Position numbers and translations under genes: made by a program | IMG/VR virus record: IMGVR_UViG_3300020152_000003 | Location: 1 to 56,975 of that record | From: a virus | Direction: 5' to 3' (one strand) | Length of the DNA stretch: 56,975 nucleotides | Part shown: piece by piece, positions 9,457-18,486 of the stretch | How the letters are laid out: every line of letters starts with the position of its first letter | Numbering within the stretch: position 1 is the stretch's first letter | The notes under the pieces: model-generated | Database searches by the model: none | Told to the model about the DNA's origin: nothing | What the model saw: only the letters and a program-made list of their open reading frames with translations

Positions 9457-10401
9457 TCAGTACCCCCGGCGCCTGCGCTCTTCCGCCAGCTTGCGCTCGC
9501 GGGCCTCTTCCTTCCGATTCCACTCCTCATCGGAGTCGCGGTCAGTGGGCCTGTCATTGCCGCCACCGCGGCCACCCAGCGGCTCCACCGGCGGCGGGGC
9601 CTTGGAGGCCGACGGCGCGACCGGCTTGCTGGAGGCGATCTTGTCCATGGCAATTGCCCTTTTGATCGGGGTCATACCCATGAGTTCGGTGGCCTTCTCG
9701 ATGTCGTTGCCGAGCACGAACAGCACGCGGGCCGGGTCGTCGGTCTCCAGCGCGACGGACAGGATGTCCATCGGGATCCGGCCGTGATCGTCAAGCATGG
9801 CGAGCTCGGACTTGGCACGCGCCCACTTGTCGCCGAATGCCTTGGAGCCCTTCGCCTCGACCTCGTTGCACTTCTTGTTGAACTCCTGGACGGCCAGGCG
9901 CTCGGCGGCCTTCCTCTCGGCCGCGGCTTCCACCGCCGCATCGAACTCGGCCTTCGACTTGAAATCTGAGCGCTGTGGCGCGTCATCGCCCTCGCCGGCC
10001 GCATCGCCATCGTCCTTGGGGACCTCCCGGATGTTCTCCTGGAGCTTGGCGTGCAGCTCGCGCTTGTCCTTGGATAGGGCCGAGATGCGCTTGCCGAGGG
10101 CCTTGTTGGCCTTCCGCAACTGTTCCAACTCGGCCTTCTCGTCGTCGGCGTCGCCTTGCGGCTCTTCCTCGCTTTCGGCCTTCTCGGGCTCCTTGCCGTC
10201 GTCGCCGGCCTTGACCTCTTCGGCGCCGTCTTCGGCCTCGCCGGAGTGGTTAAGGTCGTTCTTGTCGTCGTCCGCCGCGGCTTCCAGCTGTTCGGCGATG
10301 TCACCGGCGCCAGCATCAAGCTCCATTTCGGCCTGACCGCCCTCGCCTTCAGGGGCGTACAGGGGCAGGAAACTTACACCGTTCAGGAAACGGTTCCTCA
10401 T
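9457..10401 (-). CDS. Scaffolding protein (314 aa)
   Basis: Acidic Ala/Glu/Lys/Asp-rich coiled-coil-type sequence located between portal and coat, similar in size to P22 gp8. Confidence 0.65.
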   Translation of the reverse strand: MRNRFLNGVSFLPLYAPEGEGGQAEMELDAGAGDIAEQLEAAADDDKNDLNHSGEAEDGAEEVKAGDDGKEPEKAESEEEPQGDADDEKAELEQLRKANKALGKRISALSKDKRELHAKLQENIREVPKDDGDAAGEGDDAPQRSDFKSKAEFDAAVEAAAERKAAERLAVQEFNKKCNEVEAKGSKAFGDKWARAKSELAMLDDHGRIPMDILSVALETDDPARVLFVLGNDIEKATELMGMTPIKRAIAMDKIASSKPVAPSASKAPPPVEPLGGRGGGNDRPTDRDSDEEWNRKEEARERKLAEERRRRGY

Positions 10402-10544
10402 TTGTGGTCTTTCTCCATGTCTTCAGATTGATCGGCCCTCATGATGAGGGCGCCGATCACAAACCAACCGATGCAGGCCAGCGCAAAGACGAGCGCCGCC
10501 CCATCGTCATAAGCGCCTGCAGCCGCAGCCATCTCCGCGCCCAT
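10398..10544 (-). CDS. Small single-pass membrane peptide (48 aa)
   Basis: Hand-translated as MGAEMAAAAGAYDDGAALVFALACIGWFVIGALIMRADQSEDMEKDHK. TGATG and ATGA overlaps with both neighbours. Confidence 0.45.
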   Translation of the reverse strand: MGAEMAAAAGAYDDGAALVFALACIGWFVIGALIMRADQSEDMEKDHK

Positions 10545-10894
10545 CACATCCCCACGCTTGGAAGCTCGGGGATGCTGTCCACATGCCTGATGTCCTCGCG
10601 CTCGCGGGGCTCAAGCGTGGCCTGCAGCACTTCCCGCGCGCTGGGGCGCTGCGACCGCTCCCAGTGCTCGCAAAGCTCTTCGTAGATGACCTGCTTCTGA
10701 TGCTCTGGCGTCGAGTGATCGTTCAGCAGGTTGGTCAGATTGGCGATCCCCACATCCACGAAATGCGGCCAATTGGCGGCCACATAGGCGTCCTGATCGG
10801 GATTCTCGATGCGAAACCGCAAGGAACGCTGGTTCTCATCGTAGAAGATGCCGGCGATCTCCTTGGCCTGCATGCGGATCAGTTGGGAGGTCAC
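10544..10894 (-). CDS. Hypothetical protein (116 aa) downstream of portal
   Basis: ORF with a 4-nt overlap to the portal stop. Confidence 0.55.
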   Translation of the reverse strand: MTSQLIRMQAKEIAGIFYDENQRSLRFRIENPDQDAYVAANWPHFVDVGIANLTNLLNDHSTPEHQKQVIYEELCEHWERSQRPSAREVLQATLEPREREDIRHVDSIPELPSVGM

Positions 10895-13026
10895 TCTGCC
10901 ATCTCCGTCTCAGCCGGCTCTGGCTGCTCTTGTCGCGACTTGATCGTTGCCGCCAGTTCGTCGTTCATGGCTTCCGCCGTGGCATCGGCCATGATGTTGC
11001 GGATGTCCGGCTCGAGCCCGGCCGCGGCGAAGTTGGCCTGCGCGTTGCCGGCCTCCTTGATGCGGCGGCTTTCGGCGTCCATGCGCCTGGTGACCGAATC
11101 CTCCGCCTTGATCGTGATCTCGTCGTTCTTGTCGTCGAGCTCGCGCTGCTTTTGCGCCAGCGTGTCCATAAGGGACTGCAACAGGCGCTGCATGTTCTGC
11201 ATCTCGCCCTGCATCTTCTGCTCGTTGGGCGACGGCCCCTTGCCGAGGATGGCCGGGTTCATGCCGCGGCGGATGCGCTCAGCCATCTCCTCGGCGCCCG
11301 GGAAATCCAGGTTCTGCGCATAGAAGTCGCCAATGACCTGCCAGAGATCCTTGTTCTGAGCGAGCAGCGTTCCAAGGGCCTCTGCGGTCCATTCCCGCTG
11401 GGTCTGGTAGGACGGGCCCGCCTCGGCCTCGACTTCGTACCGGCCAATCTTGGGATTCCACGTGACCTCGGTGGTGTTCTCTTCGTCCGGCTTGTCCACC
11501 TCCGCATGGGCCTCGGACGCCATCGGGTCGACGTTCACCTCGGACTGCGACATGTCGGCATTGGAGATGCGGATCAGCCGCGGCGTGTCGTAGACCTCAG
11601 GGGCCATGTCCAGGATGATGCGCCCGGTGTGCGCCACGCCCTGCGCCAGCGCGTTCGGGAAGTGGAATGTCGATGTCTCGCCCTGCCCCTGCCTTGCCTG
11701 GATCGCCCGTCCCGACTCCGCGTTGTCCTGCTTGCCGAGCGTGGCTTCGTGCTGGCCCGTGATGTCCTTGAACTGCTGTGACGCGATCTGGATGCCCTGG
11801 ATGTAGGCCGTGGCCATCACCGGGGGCGTCGGACGCGTCGGGGCCGGCAAAATCTCGCCGTCGGCGTCCTTGTGATTGTACGGCAGGTAGGCGTAACGGC
11901 CGCGGTTGGCGTCCTCCCACTGCTTGATGTTCTCGAATGCCTCGGCCGGGCCCACCCACGGAACATTGGTCTGCAGCGCCACCTGCATGGCGCCGGCGGA
12001 GACCCAGTAGTTCATGTTGCGCTGGCTGTCCTTGAGCCCGCGGACGATGCCCTTGCGGTCCAGGTTGCCGTCAATGATGGTCTCCTGACCCACCACCCGC
12101 ACGATCGGGATGAACCGCTTGCCGGGCACCTCCCGGTAATCCACGATCTTGTCGCCGAATATCTTGTACCAGCAGATGCGGGAGCGGGTGACCGGGCGCT
12201 TCTGGGTGCGCGTGTCGGCCAGGATGCGCTGCTTGATCTCGCTGTCCTTGATGTCGCCGAGGAACGCGGTTGAGAACGCCCCGCTTTCAGGGTCAACGAA
12301 CCCAAGCAACTGATCCTGGAACTTCTCTTTCTCGTACCACTCCGCGACGCGGGTATAATCCTCAGTCTTCCAGTCGGAGGCCGCGATGTCGACGGTGATG
12401 GCGTTCTCTGCCCCGACCGCGTCCTTGTATTTCTCGTACTCTTCCTCGAGATATTCGTTCTTCACGTCCTCGAAGATCATGCCCCAATTGGCGTCGGCGC
12501 CGGACGGCTCCTTGGCGTCGGGGTCCATAGCCACGCCAAGCGGGCTGCGGACGCTCCTGATGCGAATGACCTGGTCGAAGCTGTCTTCGGCCTCGTACTC
12601 GGTCAGGACGCGCCAGTAACCGACGCCGCCCTGCACAAGGGTCTCCGATGCCTTGAGGTAGATGTTGATGGCGTCCGATGCCCTGGAAATCTCCCGGATC
12701 AGGCCGCCATAAACCTCGGACGACTTCATCGTGGCGCCGCCGCCGACGGGGCGCACCGTGATGGCCGGCGGGTTCTTCTTGATCTCGTTCTGGACCAGCG
12801 CGCAGTGGATCCATGTCATGTTGATGGTCATGGACGGGCAGTCCTTGCGGGACTGCAGCACGGACCCATCCCACTGCCACTGGTTATCGGCGTCGCCATT
12901 GGCGAAGCGGATATCCTCTTCGAACGACTGCCGGAACGCGCCTTCCCAGTCCATGAAGGACTTGAATTGCTTCTGGGCCCGCTCGATCAGTTTCTCTGTT
13001 TCGGCGGGGGTGAATTTGCGGTCCAC
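10891..13026 (-). CDS. Portal protein (711 aa)
   Basis: Size (P22 portal is about 725 aa) and position immediately downstream of TerL. Confidence 0.75.
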   Translation of the reverse strand: MDRKFTPAETEKLIERAQKQFKSFMDWEGAFRQSFEEDIRFANGDADNQWQWDGSVLQSRKDCPSMTINMTWIHCALVQNEIKKNPPAITVRPVGGGATMKSSEVYGGLIREISRASDAINIYLKASETLVQGGVGYWRVLTEYEAEDSFDQVIRIRSVRSPLGVAMDPDAKEPSGADANWGMIFEDVKNEYLEEEYEKYKDAVGAENAITVDIAASDWKTEDYTRVAEWYEKEKFQDQLLGFVDPESGAFSTAFLGDIKDSEIKQRILADTRTQKRPVTRSRICWYKIFGDKIVDYREVPGKRFIPIVRVVGQETIIDGNLDRKGIVRGLKDSQRNMNYWVSAGAMQVALQTNVPWVGPAEAFENIKQWEDANRGRYAYLPYNHKDADGEILPAPTRPTPPVMATAYIQGIQIASQQFKDITGQHEATLGKQDNAESGRAIQARQGQGETSTFHFPNALAQGVAHTGRIILDMAPEVYDTPRLIRISNADMSQSEVNVDPMASEAHAEVDKPDEENTTEVTWNPKIGRYEVEAEAGPSYQTQREWTAEALGTLLAQNKDLWQVIGDFYAQNLDFPGAEEMAERIRRGMNPAILGKGPSPNEQKMQGEMQNMQRLLQSLMDTLAQKQRELDDKNDEITIKAEDSVTRRMDAESRRIKEAGNAQANFAAAGLEPDIRNIMADATAEAMNDELAATIKSRQEQPEPAETEMAE

Positions 13027-13032
13027 GGAGGC

Positions 13033-14382
13033 TTAGCCCATCCAGCTTTGGGGGGATGCGATCTCCGAGTGAGACGGAGGTGCAGCCGCAGGTTTCTTTG
13101 CCGGCCTCGACAGGACCGGGAACAATTCCGAGATGCCCCAGATCAGCGCGTCCGCGCGATCAGGCGACCGGTCGCCCGTGTAACCGGACGTCGTGAACGC
13201 GCAGAGCTGGTCTTCAAGCTTGGGGAATGTGCCGACATGGCAGACCTTCCCCGGTGAATTTTCGGAGCCGTACAGGACCGAGATCGGCTCGGCTCTCACG
13301 ACCTTGCCGCGGGAGGCCCGGACCAGTTTGAATGGTGTCTTTGGCCTTGCAACGCGAATGATCTCCTGGACCATCGCACCGCCGAAATTGATCTCGGCCA
13401 CGACACAATCGGCGCCCCACCTGTCGAAGGCGTTCGCCACGATCTTGCCCCAGCCGTTTTCGCCGCCTGGTCCATGACGCCCGGACAGGTCTTCAAGCAC
13501 GTAAGCCCGGCCATCGGTGCCAAGGCCGACGACGATAATACCGACCTCGTCGGATCGTTCGTCTTCCGGTCCAGAGCATCCCGATGGGTCCACAGCAATG
13601 ACAATGCGTTGCAGGTCGGGATAGATGCCGTCGAGCACGCGGCCCATGTCCAGCATCTCGAGCGTCCACAGCGCGCCATCGGCTGCGGTCCCGAATAGCC
13701 CCTTGAGAAACCTTCGCCTCAACCGCTCGGGGAGGTTTTCCAGCTCCTTGATGTATTCCGCCGGCAGGTTATCGGCGTTATCCACCGGGTTCATCACCAT
13801 GGCGGTGTAGTTGCCGGGCTCGCGAACTGGCGTCCGGGTATCAGGATCCAACTTGTCGACGAACAGCCGCTTGGTCCAATGGGCCTCTGACGGCGGGTTG
13901 CAGTCGTAATAGGCGCGCAGCCGAAGCTCGGTCTTCTGCGCCAGACGGGTCATGGCGATGTTGCGCGACGACCACGGGATTTGGGAACACTCATTCAGAA
14001 AGATCGTGGCATATTCCTGCCCCAGGATCTTCTCCGTCCGCTCCTTGTCGTCCAAGCCGCCGAACCAGATTTCGGACTGATTGGGCAGCTTGTAGAACCA
14101 GTCCGACTTGTCCATGTGGCTCTTGTCGGCCACCCCAGGGAAGCAAAGCTCCATCACCTTGGGCAGAGTGTCATAAATCACCGAGCCCTTGAGGTGGTTG
14201 AACCTGTACCTCAGGACCGCATGGCGGCTCTTGTAGGCCAACGCCCGGGTGATGAGCGCCCGGACGATGGTGAACGTCTTCCCCGACCTCGAGCCTCCGT
14301 AGAGCATCGTATGGGTGGCCGGAGAGCCGAGGAGCCTTGTTGCCTCAGCCTGCCGCTTGGTCAGCTCAAAGGAGCCCTGCAT
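13033..14382 (-). CDS. terL: Terminase large subunit (449 aa)
   Basis: Walker A LYGGSRSGKTF, Walker-B-like ATIFLNE, and a C-terminal RNaseH-type nuclease region (IVIAVDPSG...). Confidence 0.85.
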   Translation of the reverse strand: MQGSFELTKRQAEATRLLGSPATHTMLYGGSRSGKTFTIVRALITRALAYKSRHAVLRYRFNHLKGSVIYDTLPKVMELCFPGVADKSHMDKSDWFYKLPNQSEIWFGGLDDKERTEKILGQEYATIFLNECSQIPWSSRNIAMTRLAQKTELRLRAYYDCNPPSEAHWTKRLFVDKLDPDTRTPVREPGNYTAMVMNPVDNADNLPAEYIKELENLPERLRRRFLKGLFGTAADGALWTLEMLDMGRVLDGIYPDLQRIVIAVDPSGCSGPEDERSDEVGIIVVGLGTDGRAYVLEDLSGRHGPGGENGWGKIVANAFDRWGADCVVAEINFGGAMVQEIIRVARPKTPFKLVRASRGKVVRAEPISVLYGSENSPGKVCHVGTFPKLEDQLCAFTTSGYTGDRSPDRADALIWGISELFPVLSRPAKKPAAAPPSHSEIASPQSWMG

Positions 14383-14689
14383 CCGGACCCTGGATGATGA
14401 TGTTGATGCCGGCGCCGTCCTCGCCCGTCACCTGCATCGGGAGCACCTTGGCCATCATGGCCATAAACGGGGCGTTATTCTCCTTGGCCGCCTGCACCTT
14501 CAGAAACTCGACGAGGCCCTTCTTGTGCTCCCGCGCCTTCAGGCCATTGCCGACCTGCTCGGCCGCCATGATGACGGCTTCCTTGAGCAGAGCTGTGGTC
14601 TTGTTTGGCGTCCCCTTTGCCCTGCCTTTGCCGGCATTGGGAGGCTTCTTGCTGCCAGCACCTGCCTCTATTTTGCTGGTTTCTGCCAT
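14366..14689 (-). CDS. Putative terminase small subunit (107 aa)
   Basis: Small basic N-terminus. Overlaps the TerL start by 17 nt. Confidence 0.5.
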   Translation of the reverse strand: MAETSKIEAGAGSKKPPNAGKGRAKGTPNKTTALLKEAVIMAAEQVGNGLKAREHKKGLVEFLKVQAAKENNAPFMAMMAKVLPMQVTGEDGAGINIIIQGPDAGLL

Positions 14690-14704
14690 GTTTTTGCCGC
14701 AGTG

Positions 14705-15055
14705 CTAAACGGCGCTAGCCGCCCTCACCGCTTCCCAAATGTGGTCGACCTTGGAAGCCCCCGCAGCCATGTCCTCCAGCAAGTGGCTGGAGCCCCATGC
14801 GGAGACACAGATCCGAGATGCCACGCGGCACTCGATCTCTTGGTTTAGCCGCACGATCTCCGCCACGGCCTCGTCTACCCATTCCTGGGTGACGGGGACG
14901 CGGGTTTTGGTGGAGGGGTCGAAGCGGGTGAGGCCGAGAGAGCCGAGTAAGGAGCCAAGGCCAGAGGCTGACCGTTGGCGAGCTGCACCTTCTAGCGCCT
15001 GCTGATAACAGGACTGAGCGAGGTCGACGCCGCCAAGAATCCCTGACCCTAGCAT
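14705..15055 (-). CDS. Hypothetical protein (116 aa)
   Basis: ORF in the operon upstream of TerS. Confidence 0.45.
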   Translation of the reverse strand: MLGSGILGGVDLAQSCYQQALEGAARQRSASGLGSLLGSLGLTRFDPSTKTRVPVTQEWVDEAVAEIVRLNQEIECRVASRICVSAWGSSHLLEDMAAGASKVDHIWEAVRAASAV

Positions 15056-15067
15056 CCCTCTCTCTCC

Positions 15068-15523
15068 TTACTTCGCGAACCAGGCCCCATCCTTCGCGCA
15101 GCCGAAGAAGTACGGCGTCGCGTCGGACAGGGAGCCCTTGGTGGTGGAGCCGTTGATGGTGTCCTGAGCGCCGGTGACCGGGTTGTTGGCCACGGTGGGA
15201 TAGGCGGTCAGGGTGGCGCCGCTCTTGTTGTAGACCCAGAGGGTGGTTCCAGCCTTGCAAGTCGGGAGGGCAAAGCCGCCGGTGCCGGACTCGATCATGA
15301 CCAGGGCCACAGCACCCGAAAGCTGGGTGGCAGTGGACTGTCCGGAGCCAGCTGCAGCCACGCCGGACTGATAGGTCCGGTTACGACCGCCAGAGAGGTC
15401 ATAGAGCCATCCCTGGTCGATCGTGGCATAACTGCCGCTCTGGAGCGGGCCAGTGGCCAGAGCGCCCGAGGCACAGCCCACGAGCGCAAGGATTGCGAGT
15501 GCAAGTTTGCGGGAGAGTTTCAT
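15068..15523 (-). CDS. Putative lipoprotein (151 aa), C-terminus ...DGAWFAK
   Basis: The start MKLSRKLALAILALVGCASG carries an LVGC lipobox, with an AAGGA RBS upstream. The tracked upstream extension was rejected. Confidence 0.6.
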   Translation of the reverse strand: MKLSRKLALAILALVGCASGALATGPLQSGSYATIDQGWLYDLSGGRNRTYQSGVAAAGSGQSTATQLSGAVALVMIESGTGGFALPTCKAGTTLWVYNKSGATLTAYPTVANNPVTGAQDTINGSTTKGSLSDATPYFFGCAKDGAWFAK

Positions 15524-15539
15524 GGGCTGTGTCCTTGGA

Positions 15540-16139
15540 TCACTGAAGCCTGAACCAGGCGTTGTTGGTCGAGTTGTACATGAACCGGTAGCCATAGGCG
15601 CCGGTGGTCGAGGTGGTGATGCCGGTCGGGTTGTTCTTGATCGTGACGCCGGCGGGCAGATTGGTTGCCGTCAGGGTCAGGGTGGTCACGTTGGCATCGG
15701 CCGAGACTGCGAACTGCTGGCCGTCCACGGGCGCCGTCGGGAAGTTGATGGTGACCGCGGTCATGACGGAGCCGCCGCCATTGTTGCGCAGGAGCACGCC
15801 ACCCGAGGTCGCCGCAGCCGTCACGGTCTGGGGATTGGTCGTGATGGTCGACACGGTGAGCGGGAGTGCGTTCAGGTTGGCCATGCTGAACAGCACGGTC
15901 TGCGGGCTCTGGCCGCTCGAAAGGTTGGTGTCGGCCGGGACTCGCTCGTTGCCGGTGACGGCCGTCGGGCCCGCCGGGACGTACTGAACGCAGGTCGTGC
16001 CGTCGCCCGCATACATGGAGCAGTAGGCCGCGCCTTCGACAACGGGGAGATTACTGAACATGCCGTTGGCGTTGGCCGCCGACAGAGACAGGAGAGAGGC
16101 GACGGCCGCAACGGCGGCGCCGCGAAGCGCTTTCAACAT
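15540..16139 (-). CDS. Exported beta-rich protein (199 aa), C-terminus ...NNAWFRLQ
   Basis: Sec-type signal peptide MLKALRGAAVAAVASLLSLSAANA/NG. Confidence 0.6.
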   Translation of the reverse strand: MLKALRGAAVAAVASLLSLSAANANGMFSNLPVVEGAAYCSMYAGDGTTCVQYVPAGPTAVTGNERVPADTNLSSGQSPQTVLFSMANLNALPLTVSTITTNPQTVTAAATSGGVLLRNNGGGSVMTAVTINFPTAPVDGQQFAVSADANVTTLTLTATNLPAGVTIKNNPTGITTSTTGAYGYRFMYNSTNNAWFRLQ

Positions 16140-16188
16140 GGATCGTTCCTTTTTCAGATGTTGATGCCGTGGACCGGCGGTTTGCCGT

Positions 16189-16593
16189 TTATTCCGGAAC
16201 GGCGCCGGTCTTTACCTTAGCCATCGGGCCGCTGATGCGCGCCAGATAGTCGTACATTGGCGCGTGGGTCGGCTGGCGCCCCAGCGCGACCTCCATGCGC
16301 CTCATATTGAACAGCAGCGCCGGCGACGTCAGGTCACTCTCCAGCGCGTGATAGAGCTCGGCCAGAGCCGCCTCCTTCCATCCCCTATCGGGCTGGATGT
16401 CGGCCACCTTGGACAGATAGAGCGCAGAAGCCTGCCGGAAGTTACGATCACCAGGATACACATCCGCGGCCGACCGCTGGTACATCACCACCTCAGCTGG
16501 CGAGTCGGAGCCAAAGGCGAGAGAATACAGCACCTCGCCACAGACTGAGGCTGTCGCGAACGCCAAGCCGATAGCGATTAGAATGCCCCGCAA
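16189..16593 (-). CDS. TM-anchored helical-repeat domain: either a separate TTG-initiated ORF or the frameshifted C-terminus of the Wzy-like gene
   Basis: The frame is open 16791-16189. The sensible sequence begins LRGILIAIGLAFATASVCGEV... at TTG 16593. It overlaps the 3-prime end of 16493-17515 in the +1 frame. Confidence 0.4.
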   Translation of the reverse strand: MRGILIAIGLAFATASVCGEVLYSLAFGSDSPAEVVMYQRSAADVYPGDRNFRQASALYLSKVADIQPDRGWKEAALAELYHALESDLTSPALLFNMRRMEVALGRQPTHAPMYDYLARISGPMAKVKTGAVPE

Positions 16594-17515
16594 GGATGCC
16601 GCCAAGAACCGCCGTTGCGGCGAGGTGGAGCGGGAAGCCGAAGAAGGCTTCAATGGCGAGCACAGCGAGGATGGTAGACCGTGCGGACCATAGAAATGCC
16701 GAATATAGTACGGTTCCGACAATTCCGAGTTCAAAGGTAAACTCGAGCCAGTCATTGTGCAAATGCTCCGGACGTTGCAGCAACGTGTCAAAGGGCGAAT
16801 AGAGCGGGTACAGCGTGTAGAACGAGCCGATGCCCCTGCCCGCGAATGTCAATTGCGGGAGCACCGCGCCCCACATGTCCAAGCGCTGTTGCGCAGATTC
16901 GCTCGACCCCATCCATGCCGCAGTTGCGACACCGGCCAGAGCCAGAGCAATTGCGCACACCCTGGACCGTGGCCACAACCACATGATGAAAGCGCCGCCA
17001 AGCGCTAGGAACGCCCCGCGGCAGTGCGAGGCTATCAGCGCCGGCGCAATCAGCGGCACGGCCCACAGGATCCGATGCACCAAGGCGCCGACCAGCGCTA
17101 CGGCCGCAATCTCTCCCAGTGCGTTCGAATTGACGAACAGCCCGGCCGGGTAACCGCTGGTCTGCGGCACCGGGATGCCGAGCAGGATAATCGCGCTCGA
17201 TACCCCGAGCCCCAATGCCGCCCCCGCAACAATGGGACGGGTATCATCCATTTGCGAGCCGAGCACGAACGCCTCGGCCAGAACGATCAACTTGAGCATC
17301 GTGTCGATCGCTTCCCACTTGTGGGGCGCCCAGAGCACGGATGCCGCGGCATAGGCAACGAACAGCAAGCCGAACAGATGAGCAGCCGTGAACTCGATGC
17401 GCTCGCGCCGCAGCAGAAGCGGGAGCACGACGGCGGCCAATGCCCATCGCGGAGTGGTGGCCGCGCCGGTCCAGTCCGGCACGAACAGCGCCGTCAGCGC
17501 AAAGCCGAAAAGCAC
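16493..17515 (-). CDS. O-antigen polymerase/ligase-like polytopic membrane protein (Wzy_C family), possibly frameshifted near 16586-16589
   Basis: About 10 hydrophobic segments and the motif RPEHLHNDWLEFTFELGIVG, typical of Wzy_C. GTG start. The last roughly 30 codons (HSNRYRLGVRDSLSLWRGAVFSRLWLRLAS) look out of frame. Confidence 0.65.
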   Translation of the reverse strand: MLFGFALTALFVPDWTGAATTPRWALAAVVLPLLLRRERIEFTAAHLFGLLFVAYAAASVLWAPHKWEAIDTMLKLIVLAEAFVLGSQMDDTRPIVAGAALGLGVSSAIILLGIPVPQTSGYPAGLFVNSNALGEIAAVALVGALVHRILWAVPLIAPALIASHCRGAFLALGGAFIMWLWPRSRVCAIALALAGVATAAWMGSSESAQQRLDMWGAVLPQLTFAGRGIGSFYTLYPLYSPFDTLLQRPEHLHNDWLEFTFELGIVGTVLYSAFLWSARSTILAVLAIEAFFGFPLHLAATAVLGGILAGHSNRYRLGVRDSLSLWRGAVFSRLWLRLAS

Positions 17516-17703
17516 CGGTCTTCCATATAACGAGAGTAACCCTCAAGAAGTTTTACCACAGGCCCGTCGCTCTTTGGCTCGTAAGAGTCCAAAGCCACGT
17601 CATAAGCCTCTTTCGGCGTAAGAACTGCGCTATTCGGGCCAAATCTCAGAATGCTCGGGACCTCTTCCGAGATTATGATCTTGAGGCCACCCATCAACAT
17701 CAT
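17494..17703 (-). CDS. Hypothetical small protein (69 aa)
   Basis: ORF with an ATGA overlap to the upstream gene. Lower GC than its neighbours. Confidence 0.5.
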   Translation of the reverse strand: MMLMGGLKIIISEEVPSILRFGPNSAVLTPKEAYDVALDSYEPKSDGPVVKLLEGYSRYMEDRCFSALR

Positions 17704-17945
17704 TGGACGCCCTCATGAATGTCGTGGATCGGCAGTCCCGGGTCATCCATCACCTCGGCAGTGACCGAGTGGACGATATCGAGGTTGCCTTCCTTGTTGC
17801 GGTCGACGCGGTCCAGATAAACGGAGAGGCGCACCAGGCGCCCGTCGCTCAGCTTAGCCTCCGTCACCCCATGCTTCACCTTGACGATGCTGATGGGCTT
17901 TGGCCCCATCGAGATCATCAAAGGCTGGTCATAGGACCATTTCAT
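17700..17945 (-). CDS. Hypothetical small protein (81 aa)
   Basis: ORF with ATGA overlaps on both sides. Confidence 0.5.
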   Translation of the reverse strand: MKWSYDQPLMISMGPKPISIVKVKHGVTEAKLSDGRLVRLSVYLDRVDRNKEGNLDIVHSVTAEVMDDPGLPIHDIHEGVQ

Positions 17946-18115
17946 GCGGGATCACTTTGAGGGGCCGCATAGGGCGCGCTGCCATTCTTTTGGCAGCATG
18001 ACGGCAGGCTGTACCAAGCCGGAGGCGGCGGGTTCTTTTCGTCAAACTCCGTTTTCTGGCATTGGCGGCGCAGGATGCGGTTGATCACCTTGAAGTCGGT
18101 CACGGCTGATGTCAT
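17942..18115 (-). CDS. Hypothetical micro-protein (57 aa)
   Basis: Hand-translated as MTSAVTDFKVINRILRRQCQKTEFDEKNPPPPAWYSLPSCCQKNGSAPYAAPQSDPA. ATGA overlaps on both sides. Confidence 0.45.
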   Translation of the reverse strand: MTSAVTDFKVINRILRRQCQKTEFDEKNPPPPAWYSLPSCCQKNGSAPYAAPQSDPA

Positions 18116-18276
18116 GCCGGCTCCTTGTCGGGGTTCATCTCCGACGGCGCGGCGGCGAATATCTCGCGCTCGTGAGCGTTCGCCGGCGCCACCACCTGCG
18201 GCACCCTAAACGGGATTACCGGGAAGTCTTCAAGGTAGCGACGATTGCGCGGGATGAACTGGATCACGTCGCCCAT
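18112..18276 (-). CDS. Hypothetical micro-protein (54 aa)
   Basis: Hand-translated as MGDVIQFIPRNRRYLEDFPVIPFRVPQVVAPANAHEREIFAAAPSEMNPDKEPA. GGTGGGA RBS. Confidence 0.45.
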   Translation of the reverse strand: MGDVIQFIPRNRRYLEDFPVIPFRVPQVVAPANAHEREIFAAAPSEMNPDKEPA

Positions 18277-18371
18277 CAATCCCACCATTCGCTCGGGAGC
18301 AACGACAGCGCCACCAGACCGACGATGGCAAGAGCGATCAAACCTTGCGCGGAGGCAACCTGATCAGCCAC
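18276..18371 (-). CDS. Single-pass TM micro-peptide (31 aa)
   Basis: GTG start. Sequence (M)ADQVASAQGLIALAIVGLVALSLLPSEWWD. TGATG overlap downstream and 8-nt overlap upstream. Confidence 0.35.
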   Translation of the reverse strand: MADQVASAQGLIALAIVGLVALSLLPSEWWD

Positions 18372-18486
18372 GGCAACCTCTCGCTATCCATCCGGCCACA
18401 AAAGCGGCGATGACAATCACGCCGCAGACGATAATCTCTAGAGCCGCAACAATCTCAGGTAGAGGCGCCGCAGGGCCGAAGTTCAC
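18364..18486 (-). CDS. Single-pass TM micro-peptide (40 aa)
   Basis: GTG start in a GTGA overlap. Sequence (M)NFGPAAPLPEIVAALEIIVCGVIVIAAFVAGWIARGCRG. Confidence 0.35.
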   Translation of the reverse strand: MNFGPAAPLPEIVAALEIIVCGVIVIAAFVAGWIARGCRG

